Part shown: positions 36,900-47,380 of the stretch, one piece after another
Position numbering within the stretch: the first letter of the stretch is position 1
How the letters are laid out: each line of letters opens with the position of its first letter
Assembly: GCA_043228905.1 (NCBI GenBank)
Contig: JBHGNT010000015.1
Coordinates: 12,152,001-12,216,000, forward strand
Direction: 5' to 3'
Length of the DNA: 64,000 bases
Origin: Azolla caroliniana
Lineage: Eukaryota > Plantae > Polypodiophyta
Notes under the pieces: generated by a model
Told to the model about the DNA's origin: nothing
What the model saw: the letters and a program-made list of their open reading frames with translations, nothing else
Databases searched by the model: none
Position numbers and translations under genes: made by a program

Positions 36900-37702
36900 A
36901 ACAGAAAGCTATATTAGTGAAAGATAAAATTACATCCAATAGTAACTAAGTTACAAAAGGTTGGTTTAAATACCAACTAGTCTAGGGCAACTGCCCTTTC
37001 TACTATTTACAAAACTAGCCTAGTATGTCCATTGGCTAGTGTGAAAGCCATTTGAGAAAGTTGAGTTCGATTCTTAACACTCTGATATAGGATGAAGGTA
37101 AGATGGTGACCTATGTCTAGAGATCGATCATTTGACACTGAACAAGGGCCTTATCGAGGTCGAAGGTGAGGCTATGACAAGGGTGGTCATACTTTCGGGA
37201 GTGTTGGAAGGTCGAATGTAGAAGCTGGAGTAGTGTCTGAAATGTGAAAGACTGTTTGGATGTAGGAATTTCTCTTAGTGACTTCTAGGAGCAGAAGTTT
37301 GGGAGCGTCCACCGTGGTGGGTGGGGTTTCTTCATGCACCAATGTATCGTATGAATTTGTGCTAGGGTGGAGATGGAATGTGGATTGTGCGTAGTTCATC
37401 CAAGAGTCGAATTGTTCTATCGCATTCACGTTCTTCTCCGGAAAGAACACATGGAACATACATCCTCATCATCATGTTCTTCTTCTCAAAGGACCCAAAG
37501 AAACACTTGTTCTGACACATTCATGTTCTTCTCCGGAACAAATACATGAAAATAAATCATCATCATGTTCTTCTTCGTCTTCGTCTTCTTCTGAAATGAC
37601 TCAAAAAAGAAACACTTAACGAATACCCAAATTGAGCGACAAATCGGAAACCGGCGGAACCGGCAGGATACTGGCTAGTCCGGTCATCTACGAACAAAAC
37701 AC

Positions 37703-37711
37703 AAACCCTAG
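37703..37711 (+). promoter_or_regulatory. Telo-box (AAACCCTA) upstream of RPL35
   Basis: AAACCCTAG about 80 bp before the ATG; typical of plant ribosomal-protein genes. Confidence 0.7.
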
Positions 37712-37786
37712 TTGTCACTGTGTCTCTCTCACGAAGAAGAAGAAGAAGAAGAAGAAGAAGACGCACATCTCTGCTTCGCAGCAGCC

Positions 37787-39494
37787 ATGGGTAAGCTTCC
37801 CTCTCTCTCCGATTTCTCTTCTGTTTCATTCCATGTCTTGAGATTTTTCAGGTGCAGACGCTTGTAATCCTACTCTCCATCGCCTGATCCTTTGTTGCTT
37901 CTTCCCTTGGTTTTCTTTCCTTTATCACTTTCGATTCTTTGCTTCTCCCTATCCATCGTACCCGAGCATTCGAAGCTTCTGTCTGATTTTTTTCTACGCT
38001 GGCTTCGTGTCTCTACTCATATTTTCATCTTCATTCTGCATTCCACGCGCTACGCTTCGCTCTATTTTGGTAGAGATGATTTCTAGTCTCTAGCTCCTTT
38101 TGTAAGGTTCCTTATGGGATTTAAGGCATATCCGGGAAAAGAAACCGTGCGCTTAATATACGTTTCCCTTGGGAAACAGGCTAGTACGTCATGAAGATAA
38201 AGTTAAGGTTTTGTGGATGTTCAGAAGAAGCAGGCCATAGTGTGATGGAACTAGTCCAATATTTACTGTATGTGCCTGTGTTTTTATATATTTTAAAACT
38301 TGCGACAGCTTAACTGTATGATGTTTTGCAGTTAAGATCAAGGTTCATGAGTTGCGATCTAAGAGCAAGCCTGAGCTTCAAAACCAGTTGAAAGAACTGA
38401 AGGCTGAGTTAGCTCTTCTCAGAGTGGCCAAAGTTACTGGTGGTGCTCCAAACAAACTGTCAAAAATGTGAGAAACTCCTTCTGAGTCTTTCTAGCTATC
38501 TCTTCTATGCTTAAAATCAGCGTTAAGCCGTGGCTGTAATTGTGATGGATGGTAAGGGACATGATCCTTTTCTTTATGGAGAATTGGTGGTTTAAAACCC
38601 CTGGTTATTAATGTAGAAGAAAAGATGCTAGTTATATGAGTAAATGATTCTCAAGGGAGATTTGGAAATGATGGAGAAACACATTGTTCTTGCCATTGGT
38701 TTTAACAGATAAATAATCAAAGTTACTTGCTTATGTACAATGTTCTGTAATGGATTTTTTGATTACTGAGAAACATTTCTTCTTTCCTTTCCTCAACTTG
38801 CAGTAAGGTTGTCAGGCTCTCTATAGCTCAGGTATTGACAGTTCTCTCTCAGAACCAGAAAGCTGCTCTCAGAGCGGCCTACGAGAAGTCTAAGTTGCTG
38901 CCTCTGGACTTGCGTCCCAAGAAGACAAGGGCCATTCGAAGGCGATTAACCAAGCATCAGGTTGGTGTTTTTTCTCACTGTTTTTTGCAGCCTTCTGGGC
39001 TATAATTTATATCGTTTTGCATTTTTTCGTGGTTAAATGCAACATTCTTTTCCTTTGCTCGCATTCTACCATGCTTTAATCTCCCATCGTTGCACTTTTC
39101 TTTGTATATATATTTTTATTGTTTAATTCTTTCTGAATTTTCCTCTGTTCAGTGATACGAAATGTTCTTTGTGGACAGAATGTAATTCATTTAGCAAAGA
39201 GAATGTAATATCATTTTTCTGTAATATCATAATATTCGTTATGATAACTTCATTGCCTTTTTTCTTGTATAGTCTGTCTGTTGAGTTCCATGAAATACTA
39301 CAATGTGTATTTCTGGATTTCTCATTGGTTCTCACTTTTGTTTGCTGTGGGCTTTGAGCTCGTGACCTGTCTTTTCTTCTCATATTGTTATTGTTGTGTT
39401 TTCTAATTCTCCTTCCCAGGCAAGCATGAAGACTGAGAAGCAAAAGAGGAAGGAAACCTATTTCCCCAAGAGGAAGTATGCCTTAAAAGACTGA
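37787..39494 (+). CDS. RPL35: 60S ribosomal protein L35 (uL29), 123 aa; exons 37787-37790, 38332-38467, 38804-38960, 39420-39494
   Basis: Manual splicing at GT-AG introns gives [60 protein letters not shown]...[45 protein letters not shown]; 372 nt. Confidence 0.97.
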
Positions 39495-39949
39495 GTGCAA
39501 GGTGGTTAGAGAGATGGTACCTGTCGAAGTTAGATAAAAGTAAATGTAATGGACATTAAGGGAATATTGTTGTTAAAAGATTTTTGTAGCTGAGCGGTTT
39601 TGAAGAAGATAGAAAGATTGTATGTGAAAGTTTAATGGTACTCTGCATTGTATGTCTCTTTCATTCATTGGAAAGGTTTAAAACCTCTGTTTTGTGCAAA
39701 TATTTTTTCTTAATGTGATCTAGTTTGTTACTGTCTCTTGTTTGTGATGACCTATGTTCTTGATTAAGAGTATAGATTTGTCAATCCCAATAGATGTGGA
39801 TACGGCAACTAAGGTTAACTAAGGTGAACGCTTGATTCTGCTATCATAAATGTGTAATTTGAGTAAAATTCCTAGTCAAATGTGGAATCAGTCTTAACTG
39901 AATTTGTCAGTGAACATTTAACGTCTCTGCTCCCAAATAGGTAATTCAA

Positions 39950-40525
39950 TGAGATCAAGATGTGGAAATTCTATGGATTTCCTTGGGGTTAACTTGTTTG
40001 CTTCTACATATCCAAAGGTGCTCTCAGTCATAAAAGGAGTTAAAAGAGATCAAGAATGTAGAAGAATATCACCATTGTAATGAATGTCATAGATATATGA
40101 CAATGAGCTTGTTGAAAGGAGCAAATGGCATGAAGGTTCATTTTTTGGTGCTTTTAATTTCCTTGAGGTTAACTTGTTTGCTTTTTAATTAACTGTGCAT
40201 TAAAAAAGAGTAACATATCTAAAGGTGCTCTCAGTCATAAAAGGAGTTAAAGGAGATCAAGAATGTAGAAGAATATCACCATTGTAATGAATGTCATAGA
40301 TATATGACAATGAGCTTGTTGAAAGGAGCAAATGGCATGAAGGTTCATTTTTTGGTGCTTTTAATTTCCTTGAGGTTAACTTGTTTGCTTCTTAATTAAC
40401 TGTGCATTACAAAAGAGTAACATATCTAAAGGTGCTCTCAGTCATAAAAGGAGTTTAAAGAGATCAAGAATGTAAGAAGAATATCACCATTGTAATGAAT
40501 GTCATAGATATATGACAATGAGCTG
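39950..40525. repeat. About 2.7 x ~206-bp tandem repeat
   Basis: AAAGGTGCTCTCAGTCATAAAAGGAG recurs near 40014, 40220 and 40428. Confidence 0.9.
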
Positions 40526-40629
40526 AGGGATGAGTCGGATAAATCCTAGAATTTAGATCTCTTATCGCGTGAACGTGATTAAGGGATCTCTCATATGCAT
40601 GTAAATAGTGAAAAATAAGGGAGTTCCAA

Positions 40630-40885
40630 AATGAATATTGTATTAGGCAGTTGTATGTAAGTCTGTACAAGAATGAAGCTATACTATATTTGCATCTTAT
40701 CAGTAGATTTTGTAGTCTAAATCTGATGATTGCAAAAATGTTGCATCTTATCAGTAGATTTTGTAGTCCAAATCTGATGATCGCGAAATGAATATTGTAT
40801 TAGGCTGTTGTACAAGAATGAAGCTACTATATTTGCATCTTATCAGTAGATTTTGTAGTCTAAATCTGATGATCGCAAAAATGTA
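40630..40885. repeat. Nested short direct repeats (3 x TGCATCTTATCAGTAGATTTTGTAGTCYAAATCTGATGAT)
   Basis: Copies near 40691, 40742 and 40833, with a duplicated AATGAATATTGTATTAGGC flank. Confidence 0.85.
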
Positions 40886-42080
40886 TTGTGGCTAGAGAGG
40901 CAGCAAGGAATTATGTTAGGCATTCAAACTTCCACGATTACAAAATTCTTTTACATTGTCAAATTCTCATAGGTACAAAAGGATCCAAGGTTCACTTGGG
41001 CAAGAGAGCTATATTATGGGGAATAGATGCTCTTCTATGCTGTATTCTATCTATTCTCAATATAATTTGTTGGTGAGATATAAGTATGATAATGCATGTC
41101 TGGAAGTAGAGGATAGTAGCCATTCATCATCATATCTACGAGTACAAATGGTAGTCTTCTACATCTATTTGTAAGAGAAACATTGCTTGGCTCTGTAATA
41201 CTGGCTAATTCAGTATCACATTGCACTTTTAAACAGCAGCAAACTTTGTGGAATGTAATGTGCCTGCTAAACCACATCATAGATTGTTTATATGCTTGCG
41301 AAAAGCATATAATATATCTTCCTACTCTTGGTTTGAATATCAATTCATGTTCATGCCAGCATGTACACAAATAGAGTTGACATGATTAGGAGGCTAACAA
41401 AGATGTCATGCGTTGAACTCAGCATTCATTCTTGTAAATACATACTACCAATAGGTCTGAATAGTTGAGAGGTGCACATTGATTCCACATTCAAACATGT
41501 TCAGAGACATGAAATAGCTTTGTTATTGAAGTAAGCAAAATTAAGTAAAGTAACTTAGTTAGGATCTGTAAGCAAAATTTCCCAAACGGAAGCATTAAGC
41601 CAAGTAAATTTGTAGAGAAGTAAGCAGGAGTCATTTGGAGTATTCCACTGTGCTTTGCCAACATATTAAACAAGAGGGATTAAATTTACATTATGTAATT
41701 ATTACACTAGACAGAGATACACAACATCATAATTAGACCAATTAAACTCAGACCATATAGTCATCAAACTAGCTAAAACACCACAAAGACTTTGGAGACA
41801 AAACACCATATATTGTAGGAGCTTCTACCCCAATAAAATGTCTCCTTCAAAAACACAAGCAGCTATAGGTTCTATGATGGATGTAGTGCAAAATCTCGTG
41901 TTGAATAGTGTCCCAAGTCCTAGAGAATCATTACATAGGAAATCGTATTGCAATAGATACATCAACTAGCGGCATTGTGGTCCTCATTGCAAAGCTTCAA
42001 TACACTTAAGAAGCGCATGGTTCTCGATCCGAAACTTCAATACACTAACCAAATAAACGGCTTCGCCATGTCTACCTGAT

Positions 42081-42794
42081 CTACGCACTGTTCTGTTGTT
42101 GTTGCTGTTGTTGTTGGGCTCGTCTCCTCATCATGGAGGATATCTTGCGCTTTCCGGAGCCCGAGCTGCGGGCCACTTTGGGCGGCTCGACGGGCGGGCG
42201 GTCGGGATCATACTTCCGTATCGAGAGGAGTTCGCGCCCGCCTCCACCTCGGAACGTGATCCGGACTGTGACCTCCTGCCCGACTTGGAAAATTGTGCGG
42301 AGCCTCTCAATGCCTCCGGAGAATCCGAGATCATTGGCCGGAAGGTATCCTTCTCGGCCGCTGGGCATGTCCACGAAGTATCCGACGGGCATGACATCGC
42401 GGATTTTCACCTGGTACGTGTCGGGATCGCCAGGTTGCAGGAGCTTGTCGGGATGGATACCAAGGTCCGAGAAACCTTCCCCAGGGTAATAGAATGGCGT
42501 CCCATCTGGAGAGCTGTAAGAGACAAACACCTTCCCTTTGAATGGATTCCCGGTACCCATCGGTCCCATGCTTCTTCTCTGGAAGCTTCCGTAGAAGCTC
42601 AAACCATCGGTGCACCACTTTGTTTCCATGAACATGCAGCTGCTCTTGTTGCCGTTGAAGATCGCCATGGAAGCTGTGTTGAGAGGAGCTCTGCTCATCC
42701 TAAAAATGTTGACAACACATGTTTGCGGGACAGCCCGAGAAGAAAGACATTGTGACAGAGAGCGTGCTGCAGAGGACAGGAGGGCAGGACCCAT
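42081..42794 (-). CDS. Intronless S1 (OB-fold) RNA-binding domain protein with a predicted organellar transit peptide, about 237 aa
   Basis: S1 pattern VKIRDVMPVGYFVDM..GREGYLP..DL..FQVGQEVTVRI..LLSIRK. Ser/Arg/Ala-rich, acid-poor N-terminus; basic poly-Q tail; telo-box AAAACCCTAA at 42815-42824 just upstream. Confidence 0.8.
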   Translation of the reverse strand: MGPALLSSAARSLSQCLSSRAVPQTCVVNIFRMSRAPLNTASMAIFNGNKSSCMFMETKWCTDGLSFYGSFQRRSMGPMGTGNPFKGKVFVSYSSPDGTPFYYPGEGFSDLGIHPDKLLQPGDPDTYQVKIRDVMPVGYFVDMPSGREGYLPANDLGFSGGIERLRTIFQVGQEVTVRITFRGGGGRELLSIRKYDPDRPPVEPPKVARSSGSGKRKISSMMRRRAQQQQQQQQNSA

Positions 42795-43091
42795 CTTGAG
42801 AGAGAGAGAGTCTGTTAGGGTTTTAGACACAGTCTGAGATAAGATCGATTCTACTACATACCTCTCTCTCTCTCTCCCTCTGTTTTGATCAAGATTCTAT
42901 GGACATACAAATTGGTGTATAGTTTTTGGGGAATTTGCATATCTGGTCTGGCCTAGCCTTCGTCCTCAGCTTCTACTTCTAAACTATACTTCTCTTGACT
43001 GGTCTCATGATCGATTAAAGATTTATATGATTAGATCTGATCTCTTATTTGCCATCGGCCGTGTCTACTGATCACCCGTCTCGCAAAACCA

Positions 43092-44966
43092 TGTTAACGA
43101 ATTCTACCACATGTTGGCATAAAAGGCCGACTCCTTCTACTTTGTATCCTCAGTGTGAACACATTCTCTAGCTAGGGCTTGAGTATATAAGCTCAAACCT
43201 AACGTTGTAAAGAGAGTCTTGGAGAGAAAAGAGTTACAGAGAAAAGAATGAGAGAGAGCTTCCATTGAAGCTTAATCCATGTCTATCGTCTATCTTTCTT
43301 CCTCTTCTTGTTGTTGCATATTTGTGTTGTTTGTTGTATACACATTTTACCTTCTAGGTCCTCGTACACTCTTCCGCATTCATCTGACATATCATACCAA
43401 CATGTGGTATTAGAGCGACCTTGCTGTCTAGTGACGATGAATAGCATAAAAGTCAAGAAGAGAAGTCATCCAGCAGAGAGAAAAAGACAAGATCAATAGC
43501 ATGTACTTCCAATAAAATAATGGCAACACATTCCGGCACAAGTGTGGAAATTTGGAAGTTCGACGGGAAGAATTTCGCCCTCTGGAGGGAAATGATAGAC
43601 GACAGATTGAAGCCATACGACACACCACTAAGCCGACTTCAATGTCTGCAGAAGTATGGTGATCTATGGATGAAATAGCCAGATCGACCATTTGAATGAA
43701 CTTGGCTGAAAACGTCTATTTCAGTATGGCAAAGGAGATGACTACATTCTCTTTGTGAGAAAAACTATAGGCGGTGTATGAGAAGAAATCGTCCTCATTG
43801 AAGTTGATACTAATTCGACAATTATTCAACATGAAGATGAGAGAGACAAATCCAACAACCTCCCACATCAACACCTTTAGTCGGGTGTTGTTCGAACTAT
43901 CCTCCCAAGGGATTAACTTCGAAGAAGAAGTTAAAGCCCTTTCCCTCCTTTCGAGCTTGCCGGCGAGTTGGGAGGTATTCTGTACGACTTTTGCCAACAG
44001 TTGTCCGAATCTAAATCTAGATGAGACGATCGGACAAGTCCTCACCGAGGATATTTGGTGAAAATCGATGGGACTCACCATTGATGAGTCAGTAGAAGCC
44101 CACCATTCAATTGAGTCGATCGAAGGATCCGGTTGATTGAGAGAACAAGGGGAAAGAATCGGTCGAAACACCAATTGACCAAGAAAGAGGGGTGATCGAC
44201 AATGGTCTAAGTCGAGGAATAGTTGATCAAGTGATTTCTGCACTCATTGTAGAAAAATTGGTCACAATGTTTACGACTACTGGTCGATCAAAAGAAAGGA
44301 GAGCGGTCGATGATTTGAGCAGAATTTAGGATGTTCGGACACAAACCATTCTCCAATCAGCAACCAAATCAATGTTGTTGATTCCCAATCAGGAGAAATC
44401 TTCTCTAGAAGACTCAATGATCGGAGAAGTCCTCTACAGTGCGCAAGACACACGAATGTGGCTAATGGACTCCAGTGCCACATTTCACATAACCCCAAAT
44501 ATCACATGATTCTCAAACTATTCGGTCAGAGTCGACGACACTGTTTGACTCGACAATGGGTAGGAATGCAGAATCGCTAGAATTGGCAAAGTACCAATCC
44601 AATTGTCAAATGGCAATATGATCGTCCTGCACCATGTCTGACACATACCCGAACTCTAAAGGAGTTTGGTCTCCATCAGCATGTTGGCCGAAGACGGGTA
44701 CGGAACGACTGTTAATGAATCGTCATGGATGATCAGCCGAGGAAACATGAAAATTGGGAGCGGATGCAAGCATAACAACTTGTATCCACTAATGGCGATC
44801 AGTCTTGAAGGGGTTGTGAACATTACCCATTCGTCAGAATCAAACTTATGGCATGGACGACTTGGCCATATGTTGCAAGCTGAACTGGACTAGCTAATGG
44901 TAATCTGTTACATCCTGAAGCTCCAGACAAAGACAGACTTCTGCGAGCATTGTTGTTATGGGAAAC
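43092..44966 (+). mobile_element. Ty1/copia family E: old 5' fragment
   Basis: LTR 43092-43402, PBS TGGTATTAGAGC at 43405-43416, stop-riddled gag (KFDGKNF, LLSSLPASWE) through LWHGRLGH..CEHC. Confidence 0.8.
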
Positions 44967-45536
44967 TGTAAAAGTTAATATGTGGATGCTCGTGGACAAA
45001 CCGGCTCAGCCGAATAGCAACAAAGAATAAGCACGGGTTTAATGGAAGCTTCAACACAGAGAGAATACACAAGAGAGATAGAGTGAGCAGAACAACATAA
45101 ACTCGATTCAAAATAATAACTCTCCGTACATACAAATGTCCTACATAACACTTTTTATACAAGTCCTTAAAAGGATTGACAGAAGTATTGACATGTACTT
45201 CAATGCTCATATGAGCGACTGACACTGACTCCTAAAAATATGCCTACATACTTGGCTAGATCCGTAGGCCTCTAACAGCCTACTAGTTACAATCTGATTC
45301 GGCTTCTAGTTCTGGATACAAATCTGGACACCGATCCGGTTTTTCATTCCAGACTCCGATTTGGCTTTGGCTTACTTAGCCGATCCGGATCCGGTTGAGC
45401 TTGTCCGCTCAACACTCCCCCTCAAGCTCAACTTGAGGTCGAATCGTAGTGTAATTGTCTGCTGAGCTTTGTAGTTAGCTTCTTCTGGCATCTTCTCGCC
45501 TTGCTCGCGCTCCTCGACCCGTCCAATTCCGCTTTC
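44967..45536 (-). mobile_element. Copia family A, copy A3: 3' LTR, PPT and short 3' region
   Basis: LTR 44967-45414 homologous to 15179-15597, followed by CTCCCCCTCAAG; then an abrupt junction to gypsy LTR sequence. Confidence 0.85.
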
Positions 45537-47380
45537 CATCAGCCGACTTGTACCTAGATATGTACATTACAACAAAACTTGTGCCTGCGTGTAAGGGCCG
45601 GTTCGTGCACATCATTCTCCGATTCCACCTAGGGACGGTTTTCTCCACGACATCTGCCCCCACCTAACCGCGCATCCACCGGTATGTGCCAAAATAGACT
45701 CTTGTCGGAGAAGACCGGCCCGCGCTCACCCTTGGTCCTCCAGAACGCCATTCGCTCCGAACCAGTCGTCCTTGCTATCCAAGTCATCCAGGTCCGGTTC
45801 ATCCTCGTGCCTTTTGAATGCTTTGAAACTTTTCCTGACCACCGGTACTGCCATCCTTGTCCCGTCAAGCTCCGCGAGATGGTAGGTCCCGTTGTCGTTG
45901 GTGCTTGTCACCACGTAAGGCCCGAACCACCTCCTTGTGAACTTCCGCATCGCCTTGTGCTAGTTGTCGAGGCTGCTGTCATATACCAAAACCTAGTCGC
46001 CTTCCTCGATTTTCTTTGGCCTTAGTCGGTGAGTCCGGTCGAATCGTTCCTTGTTCTTTACCCTCGCGGCCCGCAACTTTTTCGTGGCTCATTCCACATC
46101 CTCCTGTCTTCGCTTGAGCTGTCGAATCCGCGCTGCTAACAGCTCCTCCTGGCTCATCTCGTCTCTCCAATCCACCGTGGCCCATGAGGAGATCGTTCGC
46201 TTCATTGGCATGACCGGCTTTTGCTCGTACATCAGATCCGCCGGCATGAACCCGGTTACCGAACTGTGCGTAGTTCGGTCGACCCACAACGCATAGGGTA
46301 AGTGCCACGACCAGTTTCCTACTTGGCCTCCACATGCCCGCACTGACGCTTTGACGATCGGCCCGTGTCTGCGTTCCACCTTCCCGTTCGCCTCCGGATT
46401 GTATGCCGTGGTGAGCGAGAGTTTAACCCCTAGCCGGTCAAACAACTCTTCAGTCTCTTGTGCATCCAGTTCTCCGCGGTCGGCTATGATCTTTCCTACG
46501 CACCCGTACCGGCATACCACTTCTTCGATCAGAAATCGGCACACAGCCGCAGTCGTTTTGTTCGGGAATGCTCGGCCTTCCACCTGGTTCGTCAGGTCCT
46601 CTCGAGCCAACACCAGATATCGCATCTGCCCTATCCCCATCAGCATCGTCACCAGATCCACCATCCACTTGAAGTGGATGGTCGGAGGGTAGGTTAGGTG
46701 GAGCTCGTCTCGATGTCGGACTATGGAGTGCATCTGACAGCTTTCGCAAGCCGTCACGAACCGATGCACGTCCCGGTATAGTCCCGGCCACCAGTACTTC
46801 CCCTTTAGTTTTTCGAATGTGGCCCATGTCCCGCGGTGTCCGGCCCAGGGACTCTCGTGGTATGCTGTCAGCAGTTCCACCTGTTCCTCTTTCTTCGCCA
46901 CAACCTGGAGCGGGATGCCGTTTCTCTTCTTCGGGTGCTTCCATATGCACCCATCCCATAGGAAGAATCGGTACGCTTTCTTCTGAATCCAATTGGTCTC
47001 TTCCTTCCTCCACGCCACGTCCGGTGTCATTGTCATTGACTCCATATGCTCTTCTCTCCACTCGAATTTACTCCCTTTCTTCAGTAATCCATAGAGCGGC
47101 TCCGCGACGTGGGCGTAATGCGGGATCCAGATATGGTAGAACGCGCATGCTCCCAAGAATCTCCGGACTTTCGTGACCGAATTGTAGTCGCACTTCATCG
47201 TGGAGATGGCCTCTACCTTGGCTGGTGACGGTTTCCGACCAAATGGCCCGCATAGGTGTCCGACGACCATGATCTCCGATTGCCTGAAGGCCGATTTCTC
47301 CCCGAAGAAGGTGAGCCTCGCGCCCTCTAGTCTTTGCAGCACCTTCTCGCAGTCATCGACGTGGTCCGCCACGAATTTCC

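Larger units (their letters stand above)
13977..37079 (-). mobile_element. Ty1/copia family B, copy B1: outer host, split into 13977-15178 and 33706-37079
   Basis: RT fragments at 13977-15178 continue with IN/PR/Gag fragments at 33706-36690 across TSD TATGC. PBS about 36770-36781. 5' LTR 36782-37079 contains a (GA)n tract. Confidence 0.85.

Noticed and set aside
40720-40780. TGATGA..CTGA suggesting a box C/D snoRNA
   Set aside because: Only about 52 nt, produced by the repeat junction CTGATGA, with no recognisable rRNA guide.
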